Counted from the stretch's first letter, positions 17,601-27,200 are shown. The stretch is 64,000 bases of DNA from Pseudomonadota bacterium (GCA_037142195.1 JBAXBA010000005.1:430-64429), one strand, 5' to 3'. Numbers and translations: made by a program. The notes: a model not told the origin generated them from the sequence alone.

Positions 17601-20600
17601 ACCTGACACCGCGAGTCCTACAGCATAGTTTTGACCGGCAACCGGGATAGGAATGGTGCTGGTCGTGATCGACATATTGGCAATAGAGCTTGATTGCACT
17701 GTGCCGATGTAGGTTTTACTAATGGATAAGCCACCGGTGTCGGCGACCCTAATAGTGAATCCATAAGAGTTTCCTGCTGCTGCAAAAGTCGGTTTTCCTG
17801 AGATGATGCCGCTCACGGTATTGAGTGTGATGCCTTCTGGTAACAAGCCACTGGTCACGCTAAACGAATAAGGTGCCGTTCCACCTGTCATTACCAGGGG
17901 CATCGAATAACTGATCCCTGCGCTGAATGGGGCCAGATTCACAGAATGATTCGTTAGGATGGAGTCTCCCGGATCGACGGTTCCTGTGAAGGCTTTAAGA
18001 TCGGAAGCTCCGGTGTCGTCGGTCACGGTGAGTGAGAAGCCATAGTTTGCATTGCCAGCACTAACTGGAATCGTGCCAGTGATAGCACCCGTTGTGGAGT
18101 TTAAGCTTAGCCCCTCAGGCAGGGCTCCTGAGGAGATGGTAAATGTAATCGGCATCACCCCGCCAACAGTTGGCAGACCCGTACTCACTGGACCGACCGC
18201 AATTCCTGTCATTGTGGAGGATGCGAATTTGACAGGGGGTATGGGGTTGTTGCCCACATTGCCAACTATCGATAGGGTTTGTACCTGGCTTAGGGTATCC
18301 GTCACACGGATGGTAAATGAATAGGCTGCCCCTGCAGAAGTCAGGCTTGGCGTTCCGGCGATGAGCCCTGTCGATGGACCCATCGATGTGCCAATGGGAA
18401 GGCTTCCAGCTCCGATAGTAAAGTTATAAGGAGGACTCCCGCCGACAACAGTGACTGGAAAATTGTAAGGTATGCCAGCTGTAAAGTTTGGTACTTGTGT
18501 ACTGATCATGGCCAGAATGTGTGTTCCAGGGTCTATAATTCCGGTGAAACTTTTGGTTGCTGTGCTACCGGTTGAATCCGTCACTGAGATGGAAAAGCCG
18601 TAGTTTGCGTTACCCGCCGAGAGAGGCAGAGTTCCAGTGATGGAACCATTGCTGGTGTCAAGTGCTAGTCCAGTGGGCAAGGTACCACCTGCCAAAGCAA
18701 ATGTTAACGGCGCAAGCCCGCCAAACACGGAAATCCCCGTGGAGACCGTTCCCACCATAATGCCAGGGACATTGTTCGATACAATTTGGACTGGGCTCAC
18801 TGTGATATATTGGACGTTGCCCACAAACGATGCCGACTGTGTTTGCGACACATGATCCGTCACGGTAATCGAAACCGAGAAAGCTTCGCCTCCCGAGGTC
18901 AGAGGTGGGGTTCCGGATATAACTCCTGTTGTTGGATCTAACGAAAGTCCAGATGGAAGAGCACCGCCTGAAATAGAGAAAACATAAGGCGTGACGCCAC
19001 CAGTCACAGCGACCGCGTAATTGTAGTTTATGCCTACGGTAATCGGAGCAAATTCTGTCGACACCAGATTTAAGACCGTGTCTTTCGGGTCGACCGTTCC
19101 TGAGTAGCTACGATTGGCGGATAACCCTGTCGCATCAGTGACGGATATCGAAAAACCAAAATTATGGTTACCTTCAGACACTGGTATGGTTCCAGAAATC
19201 ATTCCGGTTGATGTATTTAAAGTGAGACCATTCGGCAAAGTTCCGCTTGTGAGTGCAAAAGTCAAAGGAGGCACGCCCCCAGATGTTGAGATTCCATAGC
19301 TGAGCGGGCCAACGGCAATACCAGGCAGCGATGTAGTCAAGACTTGCAAAATGCCGTAAGGATTTGCTGCGATGTTTCCCACAAAAGAGGCTGTTTTTTC
19401 TTGCCCCCCAGCATCTGAGACCTTAATGGTAGCTGAATAAGAGGTCCCGCCAGATGTAAGATCAGGAGTTCCAGCGAGAGTGCCCGTATCTGGGTCTAAA
19501 GCTAGTCCAGGAGGTAGCGAGCCTCCAGGAACAGTGAATCTGTAAGGTGTCATGCCACCCGCCACTGCAAACTTATAAGAGCAGTGCACGCCGGCGGCGA
19601 CAGCCGGTATATTATTGCTAACCAGCGTTAGGACCGATGATCCTGGGTCGATCCGTCCCGTAAAACTGCGACTTGTCGCCACGCCCACTGCATCCCGAAC
19701 GGTGATAGAAAAACCGTACGTGGAATTGGCAGCTGTGATTGGGATAGAACCGCTCAAGATCCCCGTTGAGGGATGGAGTGTCAGTCCAGCCGGTAGGGTC
19801 CCACTGGTCAAAGTAAACGTCAAAGGCAAGGCTCCACCCGTGGTTGAAATGCCTGTAGAGACAGCCCCAACGGCTAGTCCGGGAATAGCGGTAGACAATA
19901 TCTGCACCACCCCGGTGGGATTGGGATTCACTGTACTTTGGAATGTAGCCATGGCAGTTTGATTCAGAGCGTCAGTGCCTTTGATGGCGATGACGAAATT
20001 TTGTCCACCGCTTGTAAGTGCAGGAGTTCCTGAAATAAGGCCGTTTGACGGGTTTAGAGTCAATCCGATGGGAAGCTTTCCAGATGTAAGCGCATAGGAG
20101 TAAGGCTTCACGCCACCGGTCATTTGAATCGCAAATGAATAGCTAACACCAGCCGACATGGATGCAAGCTGCGAGGTCAGAAAGGAAACCTCAGAGCTTC
20201 CAGGTGCGACGCTTCCACTAAATTTTCTAGTGGCAGAATTCCCACCAGAGTCGAACACCTCGGCAGTAAACGCATAATTTTGATTTGCATATTGGTTCCC
20301 TATGGAGCCAGAGATCGTTCCAGCGCTTTGATCCAGAGTTAAGCCTATTGGCAATGCTCCTGACGAAATCGTGTACTTGAGAGGCATAGCGCCCCCTATC
20401 GTAGAGATCGCCGTAGCCACCTCTCCAACCTGAATGCCCTGAATGCTTGTCGATACGATTTGAACGGGTGAGAGGGCTGGAGCACTGGAGGTCACCTGTG
20501 CCACCTTACCGCTACAGGCATGCAAAGCAAAACCAAGCAAAGCCCACGCTAGCATTAAGGTGCTGCGCAACTTCTGTACTTTTTTTTGCATCCCCTGGCC

Positions 20601-20603
20601 CAT
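11628..20603 (-). CDS. Giant surface lipoprotein 2 (2991 aa), paralog of lipoprotein 1
   Basis: GAGGGG RBS; lipobox LHA-C; same 17 He_PIG domains and FG-GAP/VCBS head. Colinear with paralog 1 (AESEAGLTRNFTIKS, PYAYDIxRTGGVN, CTDPRSxQAxDID, DRLxFRTIxRILN). Confidence 0.9.
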   Translation of the reverse strand: MGQGMQKKVQKLRSTLMLAWALLGFALHACSGKVAQVTSSAPALSPVQIVSTSIQGIQVGEVATAISTIGGAMPLKYTISSGALPIGLTLDQSAGTISGSIGNQYANQNYAFTAEVFDSGGNSATRKFSGSVAPGSSEVSFLTSQLASMSAGVSYSFAIQMTGGVKPYSYALTSGKLPIGLTLNPSNGLISGTPALTSGGQNFVIAIKGTDALNQTAMATFQSTVNPNPTGVVQILSTAIPGLAVGAVSTGISTTGGALPLTFTLTSGTLPAGLTLHPSTGILSGSIPITAANSTYGFSITVRDAVGVATSRSFTGRIDPGSSVLTLVSNNIPAVAAGVHCSYKFAVAGGMTPYRFTVPGGSLPPGLALDPDTGTLAGTPDLTSGGTSYSATIKVSDAGGQEKTASFVGNIAANPYGILQVLTTSLPGIAVGPLSYGISTSGGVPPLTFALTSGTLPNGLTLNTSTGMISGTIPVSEGNHNFGFSISVTDATGLSANRSYSGTVDPKDTVLNLVSTEFAPITVGINYNYAVAVTGGVTPYVFSISGGALPSGLSLDPTTGVISGTPPLTSGGEAFSVSITVTDHVSQTQSASFVGNVQYITVSPVQIVSNNVPGIMVGTVSTGISVFGGLAPLTFALAGGTLPTGLALDTSNGSITGTLPLSAGNANYGFSISVTDSTGSTATKSFTGIIDPGTHILAMISTQVPNFTAGIPYNFPVTVVGGSPPYNFTIGAGSLPIGTSMGPSTGLIAGTPSLTSAGAAYSFTIRVTDTLSQVQTLSIVGNVGNNPIPPVKFASSTMTGIAVGPVSTGLPTVGGVMPITFTISSGALPEGLSLNSTTGAITGTIPVSAGNANYGFSLTVTDDTGASDLKAFTGTVDPGDSILTNHSVNLAPFSAGISYSMPLVMTGGTAPYSFSVTSGLLPEGITLNTVSGIISGKPTFAAAGNSYGFTIRVADTGGLSISKTYIGTVQSSSIANMSITTSTIPIPVAGQNYAVGLAVSGGTSPYTFSVSSGSLPGGLTLNSATGGISGTVNKSARISSYLFVIRVTDSNSLTSEQTYTGTVGDYLTTLLPASLPDGAPGGAYSVYLASSGGQAPYTYARTSGNLPSGLALNSSNGSLGGTIAESEAGLTRNFTIKSTDANGVQTSSTYSFTTSSFVVSVTTSSLSPATEGIAYSNASTALAATGGTGPYTFEYTGTLPSGMGLTSTGVFFGTPAVNTGGVSPGTSTSITVRARDALNRISTPVTLALRTVVSSPEVDAFTPDSGVLGSAYSYTVTATGGRAPYAFAVTGGSLPAGLTIADSGTISGIPTTLVSCPAGQFTVRVTDALSQISAASIKCITALNGVLITNGGLPAAIVGPSYSTTMMGSGGTSPFTYSATNLPNSFSLVSATGELKSTGVSAAPGIYTLYITISDSSTPPLKSTRTFQISVINLVTLTGTTLVRGAVGVPYNNGSGVQLAASGGQAPGNSYIYKITSGSLPPGLSMSSDGLISGTPSNLAASYGGGYTFAVTARDTIGNVSSAASFTINITVPPKVVGSVMPAAVVGVPYAYDIKRTGGVNLLTAGANATQLSYAVTGLTSSGLAYGATTGRIYGTPTASGTYTVGITITDQYGFTGTKNLSLTIRATGKTLDLKSAHVSDPCTGSTQCNPGTATIDAITNTSQQFLISQRTDTTPRSLQIAKIDSTGRVPLAGTGIVTINVPLPSRPNAITPLNVRVADMDQDGYKDILYNDTTNKMICVMWNAGSGGLVNVDSYGMPSGFSAGNTDCFPIPTGANSNNYPYTFSVTNNLRPDATNYGKQDIIVTSMNGNNQGTFFMLYNNCAVNGACTASRSTIFRNYAAATGTTSGNTINSLTSSTGLAVGLPVIGANIPANTTITAVNSGCGTTPCITMSQNASSNTSGVGISWPTGNTLTGNSTLNSSTFTTASTAGISVGQSVSGGNFPAGSTVVSIVANTSVTMSSAASASAATSILVFGPNAHTPLVSGSMGLSYIYDIKIGWFIAAKPNLPTVKAQSVNDCPGVVVAGTWNGNNSFSYWYVVRQTWTGSQCAGDFTTHNASDEYLISGSGAYPSWIAVDDFNSDGISDVVTSLSQNMGTSASIRGYINGNTGNSFSGGNSFTTQLQSRGASYLGGDTLLSYCLNGSASCSYPSLVAKCTRGTNASGTQNYGCLSVIPNQCSTPGCSTPFENATPAARIDYPGPNNGYLFPAPLVSTSNLTPNGTITNASTSITAVSSIASIQTGQPLMCIDDACADSFLTFSGDVKNTNTITNISTSITSQLQVGQAIRCMTANCALIPANTFITAVASGTITLNQTMLGTASATNVSITSRKAAVAPVYLTGATITNGSATITGLSSTTNIQIGQPVTCVTANCVALLANNYVVSKTVNSITMNFGAIAAQGSAAIVIPQSVIPPYSYVTNASGSTITINQPAVTGSTLTGVKISVPSVPTRLDVATISTDAGYSFPYFTVFARNGSSTTDPFKAATMLDSFPGAYLQAADIGTMRMGDSNGDGLLDLYTVSPQQSFMGSYVSNSVGVSTGVGVGPAPYYLANPSQNGCPTDAASCFPDPVFNSLGVQQTYPNTYNNQNILDTGDLNQDGIPDAVVSGYWSRGVSTAMGSVYGDFAQPKLYEMGTFATNVTGTATSNSTQITGLVNLGSPALYAGQLVTGTGIGSGTTISSITGSGPYVLNLSSAYTGSSGSITISGLWFKANAPQSIALSDVDQDGILDLIVVGVDKTPGASIGVARQFKGNGDGTFQTPTNIDGVVGSCTDPRSVQAVDIDLDGRPELAVICYTSQQIIVSRRFVSTAYPSGSWITSATNINAAGAGSYGVVMKWGRLSTGSASGVDVALAGLDATRSLRMISGVTISSINNSTGAFTLSAGTYGPYVILFGYPSDIGIADLDSDGRGDVIVPMQRQTGSLLYSGSIWYTCTSTGDGLCQPKSWGMEGILANAVTSGDVDGDGQEDLFISYYLDRLMFRTIARILNISY
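17676..20465 (-). repeat. Five tandem A+B Ig units, 558-nt period, in giant lipoprotein 2
   Basis: Equivalent junction codons at 19920, 19362, 18804 and 18246, exactly 558 nt apart. Confidence 0.9.
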
Positions 20604-21536
20604 AGAATCTAACCCCTCGACTTCTTATGGATTCTGTTTGGAATTCCCTGTCACTCTTGATATGGAATTCGGATCCCCGTCGCAAATATTCCTATCTGGT
20701 AATCTCGGCAGATTAAATGAGAGGTTGAGTTTTTTGTAATAATAACCTCATAACAAAGGGTTAAGACTCTACCTATAGCCTGGCTAATGGCACGCCAGAG
20801 GCCGCTTCTAAAGATTATTTTGTGCTGACTTTGTCGCATGTTGGACCTAAAATGGGATGGCTGCATACTCAAGCCCCATAATTCCTTGAATGGGTCTTAG
20901 ATTTCTTCAATAGGGAACTTCGTCTTTAAACGGTGGTGACTTTAGGGATGCGTGATGGGTGGCTAGGAGTCCCGGCCTTGAATCGTTTTGTAAATAATCA
21001 AAAACAAAAGCAACTAGAAAGAATTAAGCAACTTGATCGGCGCTGTGCAGCCCCTAGGCGTGCTCGCCATCGCAGGCACCTAAACAGTTCTGATTGCAAT
21101 TAGAACAATCTAATTTCGACTTTTGACCAAACAGTCCCATTCATTTGGTCCTTATCATTCTGGAAGTCCCGCAACCATGGAGCGATTCTTTATCGCAACT
21201 GGAAGACTGCGATCTGAACGTTCCAAAAAACAAAAACTCGAGGAAATCATGGTGATAAATATACTAGCAAATTAAGGAAGCGATTCCTGATTAGGCCGAT
21301 ACTATGCAGATTTATAAGAGCGTTAAAGACTGTCGTCGCGTCTTCTTGATACTTAAAAATGTCATTCTACGTACCTAGGCCTTGCAGCGAGTCCTATCTT
21401 GCCATTCACCCAGACTCGTTTTAAAGTCATGCAGATCCTCCAACAAGTATGATATGATTACATAGATGTATGCAGTCGATTTATCGGTTGGGCAGCATTT
21501 CAATTTTATGGATGTTCCATAAATCCTGGAGGGGAA

Positions 21537-22088
21537 ATGGCCAGTAAAATTTCTTTGTGGATAACGCTCTTGATTCTGCAGATGAGCCTCAGCGCCTGCA
21601 GCAAAGCGAAGCCAAGTCACTCACCTTTGGAACGAGCCCCTTCTATGGATATAGGGCAAATGAATGGCGAATGGCACGTGGTCGCGCGGATCCCTACTAT
21701 TTTGGATCGGGAAGCGACTGATATGCGCATGACCTTTCGTGTCATGCAAGACTTTTCGATGGATATCGACTGGTTGTTCAAAAAAAATTCGGGGAGCGAA
21801 GACACGAAACACTCATTTAGAGGTCAAGCAGGTCGCGCGCGCGAAACAACACTATGGACTATATCTCCTTTCTGGCCTCTGAACTTCACCTATCAAGTTT
21901 TGGAGTTCTCTGGCGACTATAGCTGGATTGTTGTGGGCTCCGCCGATCGTAAATATCTTTGGATCCTCTCGAGAATCGATCAAATGGATCCTTTGCTAAT
22001 CGACGGATTACTGCAGAGGGCGGAAAAATCAAAGTTTGAAGTATCTGCTGTAGTGAAGGCCGGAAAATCCGAGTCCAGCAAACCATGA
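21537..22088 (+). CDS. blc: Lipocalin-family lipoprotein (Blc-like)
   Basis: Lipobox LSA-C; lipocalin motifs GEWHVVAR and DYSWIVVGSADRKYLWILSR; GGAGGGG RBS. Confidence 0.85.
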   Translation: MASKISLWITLLILQMSLSACSKAKPSHSPLERAPSMDIGQMNGEWHVVARIPTILDREATDMRMTFRVMQDFSMDIDWLFKKNSGSEDTKHSFRGQAGRARETTLWTISPFWPLNFTYQVLEFSGDYSWIVVGSADRKYLWILSRIDQMDPLLIDGLLQRAEKSKFEVSAVVKAGKSESSKP

Positions 22089-22305
22089 TGATACCTGCGA
22101 TGGCATAAATCCTGATATTTTACCAGTATTCTGGCTGATTTTACGCCAGTTCGAATAGCCATTTCGAACCCTCCCATAGCAGCTTCAATCGAATTTAAAG
22201 AAGGGAAATCGATGGCAGGACGTTGCAATGCTGTGGTTTTTAGGCGTCGAAGACCGAGATCGTATCGTTACTAACCAAAGAGGCAATGTCTAGGTCTATA
22301 GACTG

Positions 22306-23487
22306 TTTCTTGACCAGCTCCCTTCGACCTCAATAGGAATTACATTAAGTATGTTCTTCCTGGTCAAAATTTTCTCGGTGAAGTTTCCAGATGTCTTTAT
22401 TGGCCTGACCGGTCAACGTTTGAGTTTGAGTATGGATTAGAACTTGCAGTTCCTGTCCTGTGCTCTCCCAATGAAGTTGCCGACTGTGTTCCATCAGAAT
22501 CTGATGGAGTCACCTATTTATTTAAAATCCAGAGCGACCCTTAAGATCAACAACGCCTTTTATGAATATCGGCATCTTTGACCTTGACGCGAAACATAGA
22601 AAGGAGATGAGACGAGGCAGTAACATGTCGCGAATACCAGGGACTAAGTCGCCCCAAAAACTCTGATTTTTGCCCGTGAATGGGTTCGTAAATAGATCTC
22701 TTTGACGACAAAATTGGATTTTGCAGCCGTAGGTTTTTGCACTTTCTTGGCTATGGTCCATTCAAGAATGGAATTGCTGATCCCGGAGCTTTTCATGCAA
22801 TGCGACACGTCCATAAAAAAACCTCCTCCCCCCAGAATTTTTGCTTGATGTGGAGATCGATCTAGACAGCAGCCATAATTTTGCCGCACTGCAAGAAACT
22901 CGGCAATCCGCTTGTTTTAGCAGAAGACACACAGACGGCATTTGGGTACTCAAGTGGAGGGCGCCTGGAGCTATAAAGGGAGCCTTATCAATACTACGAG
23001 GTGTTTCGCTTAATTTTAGAAAAAGCACCAATTTTAGTACAAGTGGAAGGGACATAGCATTGGTGGCCAAAACCGGCCTATCTCCCAAAGAATCCTCACC
23101 CATATGGCATCAATATTATCAACGCATCCACGGGCGAGTTTTAGGAGTTAGGACATACTTACAGATTCTCTAATGGTGACGGCCATCTTGAAGATATAGA
23201 AATTGCCGACCTCAATGGAGCTAGATATGGAGATATAATTACAATGACGCTGCGAAAAACCGAGAAGTCAGCTTCAGCTGGAGGCTGCTGCTGTAACTGT
23301 CGATCGTTTCAGCGGGAATTGCACTCTAACGGAGGCAGGTATGGAAGTCGTCTGGGCTAGTTCTGTTATTGTCAGGATGCTCATGGATGATGAAGCAACG
23401 GGACTCACCATGGAGGATAATGGTGTCGAAAAATTGATTTTTAGAACGATTTCTCGAATGCACAATCTGCGAGTGAGGTTTCATTAA
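22306..23487 (+). pseudogene. Decayed remnant of the C-terminal propeller head of a third paralog of giant lipoproteins 1/2
   Basis: Manual translation across frames gives colinear matches: PGQNFLG~PSQSFVG; PNEVADCVP~PTDAASCFP; IDLD..FSRRHTDGIWVL~IDQD..ISRRNADANWVL; STSGRDIAL~TATGMDVAI; INASTGEF*~TNASTGAF; IADLNGARYGDII~VGDVNADGYGDVV; GMEVVWASSV~GMEGILANAV; KLIFRTISRMHNL~RLIFRTISRILNL. Contains frameshifts and in-frame stops. The 5' boundary is approximate. Confidence 0.8.
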
Positions 23488-23519
23488 GTAAATCATTGAT
23501 GTTTTAGCGGGAGTACATC

Positions 23520-23876
23520 GTGGCTATTTTAGGAAGAGTTTTTCTTGTTCTCATTATTGGCGCCTTTCCAATAGGAGTTTATCTTTTTGCAAGAACTGGA
23601 CATGCACCGGGGAGCCCTGCCCCTTCAAAAGAGTTAACCACAAGCAAGCTGTCTTCGATCAGTACTGCGGAAAGCCTAGATCTGATCAATAAAGGAATCG
23701 AATCTAAAGCTATTGAAATCAAAGAAATCAATGTTCAAATTCTAGAAAACCGTGGCAAAATTCTACGTCTTGAAGATGAACGCCAAAACAAGCTTAAAGC
23801 TCTTCAGGAACTACAAGTAAAATTGTCGACTATTATTGAAGATGCGATCCCTAAGAAGACTACAACAATCCAATAA
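23520..23876 (+). CDS. Small membrane-anchored coiled-coil protein
   Basis: GTG start with GGGAG RBS; N-terminal hydrophobic helix; heptad-like E/K/L/I-rich C-terminal half; followed by a terminator-like hairpin. Confidence 0.7.
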   Translation: MAILGRVFLVLIIGAFPIGVYLFARTGHAPGSPAPSKELTTSKLSSISTAESLDLINKGIESKAIEIKEINVQILENRGKILRLEDERQNKLKALQELQVKLSTIIEDAIPKKTTTIQ

Positions 23877-23910
23877 GTTCGCATAAGAGCTTTTGATAAG
23901 AACGAAACGG

Positions 23911-23938
23911 ATGCTTCCTAAAGGTGGGAGCATTTTTT
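23911..23938 (+). terminator. Probable rho-independent terminator
   Basis: ATGCTTCC-taaaggt-GGGAGCAT stem (one G-U pair) followed by a T run, 35 nt after the stop codon. Confidence 0.6.
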
Positions 23939-24239
23939 CATTGCTCATTAGAGCAGAGCCTATTTAAGTGCCAACATGGAGTAAAAAAGACTCATTTTAG
24001 TCTCACCTTTAACACTTGGAAACCACTGGACCAGACAAGGTGAGCCCACATCCGTTTGGAAAACCAATTTCTGCTCTATCCCCCTTGGCAACCTGCACAC
24101 CTTCCGAGGACCGAATGTTAGTAATTGAAAACACAAGCTATTTCGTCCTGTTTTATCAAACCTTAAATAAAATGAAAAAGCTCATGATTCTGGCGGATTA
24201 GCCGATCTATCCCAAAGATAAAGTTAGGGAGAACTACCT

Positions 24240-27200
24240 ATGCTCAAGTTCTTAGGCGTTTTGGTATTTTTAATAGCAACGCTATCATGCAGCAAGCAAG
24301 CGCTACAGCTATCTACGTCTAAAGGGGATTCCATTAAAGATCCCACTGCTGGCGACGCCTCCAGTGAAATTAGCTATTCTGGCGCTCTCATGATTGATAG
24401 CATTAAGAGCGAAATGGTGGCCATGCGCTATTCCTTAGATCAGATAACCACTGTCGTTAATGCTGCCAAAACGGAAGTCAGCCTTGCTAGCAACTTATCC
24501 ATTGAAAGCAGCCGGGAACTTTCCCTCGATGGGGAAGGGAAAAGCCTCAGAATGGCTTCCATCGCTGTCGCCAAAGGATCTATTCGAGCACTGAAGGAAA
24601 CTTCCCTACCGGAAGATGCAGGCATTCTGTTTCAGCTGGCTAACAGTGCTAGACCAGAACAACTGAGCATGGCCACGATTATTAAGGGCCAAACCAAAGG
24701 CATGGGTCTTGTAAAATCTCGAGGTAAAATCGCCGGCATGAGTTCTGTGGTATTGGCCCAAGCTACTTCCGAAATGGCTTCCACAGCGCTGAGCACCGGA
24801 GCTAAAACTGGCATGATCACGAGTGATAATGCACCGCAAATGATCTCAGCCATTGCGAAAAGTTTATTTGGGAACTTAAAAAGCACCAGCATGGAATTAG
24901 ATGCTGAGAAGATCATTCCTTCATTTTCTAACTCTCTATCCGGACTTAAACAAGTCAATCTCCTTAAAGAAGCACTGATTCTCGTCACTCAAAGCATGAT
25001 TTCTGAAAGTATTTCTGGTATTAAAGCCAACAATCTTGAAAGCATGACCGCGGAAATTCTTCCTAATATTATATCCAACACTATGGTAGGCACCTATTCT
25101 GTTGCAGGCTCTAGTGAAAACTTTGCATCAGCTGCTGCTGAAGTCGGAAAAAGCGCTCTTTCATCAGTCAATCAACTAGGACTGATAAAGTCTAAAGATG
25201 ATGGATCCACTTTCGCGACACTCGTGTTTTCATCAAGCATAAAGTCAATGGATAAGATTCCCGATTGGAATGTAGATCAGCTCACCAATATCGCAGTCGC
25301 GATGCAGCAAAAAGCTATGGAATCCGCCAAAGATCTTGGCTTTTCTGGAAATGACACCGCTGATATTTTAGTGAACGCGACCGTATCTATGGTGAAAAGC
25401 ATGGGAGCTCTTGATCGGATACAGGATTTGGTAGTTGCTAACGACACTTTGACTCAATCCTTTAATCGTGTCACAGAAGCCACAACGAAAGACCTGAGCT
25501 CCAGCATTGAAGGTGTGAGTAAGGACTATAGCGCGGCCATGCAAACCGCAGTAAGCACTGCTGCGACTGAGGGTGCAGCGACCTCTCCCACTGTTCAGCC
25601 CACCCAGCCCGCACCGGTTCCTGGCCCAACACTAGCCATACCTACTTTGATTACCCGTGTGGCGCCTACAATGAATAGATCCATAGGCAATGTCGTGGCG
25701 TTTACGATAGGCAGTGCCGTACCCGGTCAAACTATCAAATTCTACTCGGACAGCAGTTGTACTACTCTTCTGGGACAAGGCGTTTACACCTCTTCAGCTG
25801 TAACGCTTCCTATCACTCTAGCTGCCCCTGGGGCCTACTTTTTCTATGTGAAGTCTTTTGATGCCAGTCTTAATTTTTCTGCTTGCGCCAATACGGGTGA
25901 GACTTATGTCCTGGACAACTCTGCGTCTTCACCTTCCGCTACTCTCGTTTCGCCCTCGGCTGTCGTAGGAAACAGCAATCTAGTTACGCTGGGCCTGTCT
26001 ATGCTAGAGGCAAATGCTACGGTGGAAATCTATAGCGATAGCCTTTGCGCGTCCTCCTTACTCGGCAGCGCTGTAGTGACAAATTCCTCACAAAATTTAA
26101 CCGCGGTTCTTCCAAGCACTGGAATGTATAACTTCTACCTCAAACAAACGGACGATTTAGGCAATGCGAGCCCTTGTGTAAACTCGGGGCTTTCCTATTT
26201 ATATGACACGACGCCCCCATCAAACCTATCATTAAGCCTTGTGAACCCTTCTACGTCACCTTCAAATCTCAATACCATCACGTTAAGAGCCAATGGCACG
26301 GAGCCCAATAGTACAGTCTTCCTCTATAACAGCGCTAGCTGTATCAGCACTCCCCTGTCATCTAAGCCAGGCATCTCAGGCTCAACAGACTTCCCCGTAA
26401 ATGGTCTTTTGGAGGGATCTAATCTGTTCTATGCTAAACAAGTTGATGCTGCAGGAAATGCTTCTTCTTGTTCCCCTGGTTTATCTTATATTCTAGACTC
26501 TACTCCGCCCCAGCTTCCAGTTGTCACACTAGAGGCTGGCCAAGCCCCCTTTTCCTCCAGCTCCAGTGTGAATCTCAGGATAAACCTGGCCGAGACAGGG
26601 GGAACCTTAAAAATCTATTCCAATAGCACTTGTACGGCACTTCAGACCACTTTAACCGCATCTAGCATGTCAATGCCCGTGGTACTTTCTGCTCAAACAG
26701 AAGGCCCCCACACCTACTACGCTACTCACACCGATAGTCTTGGAAATACTTCTGCCTGCAGCACAAGTTTTGCTTCCTGGACCAAAGACTCCGTCAGTCC
26801 TACACCACCTCAATTGAATGCAGCCACAAGCCCAGCGGGCCCAAGCGCAACGACAAACATCACTGTAAGCGGAACCGCAGAGGCATTTTCTACTGTGCAA
26901 CTCTATAGTGATGCGGCTTGTTCGACAGCACTCACTGGTCAAAGTCAGACCTCGGGTTCAGGATCTTTTTCTGTACCATTTAATATCCCAACACCTAATT
27001 CCACCTATATGTTCTTTGCAAAGGCTGTCGATCAAGCTCAAAACTCCTCAGGCTGCAGCACAACCAGTGCAAGCTACATTCACAATTCTAGCATTCCTTC
27101 CGTTATAAACGTCTCCAGTTCGACCAGCTCCAACCTGACAGTAGGGGGCACGATCGATATATCCGTAGTGTTCTCTGAATCCGTTTATGTTTCGGGATCA

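Noticed and set aside
3279-19962. Many 60-115 aa ORFs antisense to or overlapping the two giant genes
   Set aside because: Shadow ORFs expected from S/T/G/A/V/P-rich codon usage; they recur with the repeat period and show no independent motifs.
8336-20465. 558-nt repeats as a CRISPR array or DNA-level mobile repeat
   Set aside because: They are in-frame protein repeats with diverged silent sites and no repeat-spacer pattern.
20787-20801. Sigma-54-like TGGCACG-N4-AGGC; also TGGCACG near 46685
   Set aside because: The -12 element deviates from TTGC and the sites are far from the next same-strand start.
21110-21290. Faint He_PIG-like trace on the + strand (RFFIATGRL versus KFAISTGLL) as the 5' remnant of the third paralog
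   Set aside because: Only a few matching residues, indistinguishable from chance without a frameshift-aware profile search.
22841-23173. 110-aa ORF as an independent gene
   Set aside because: It is one open segment of the decayed paralog; homology continues on both sides in other frames.
22306-23487. Fossil head as a DGR template repeat or active gene-conversion cassette
   Set aside because: No reverse transcriptase or recombinase in the window, differences are not adenine-specific, and DNA identity to the intact genes looks too low by eye for recombination.
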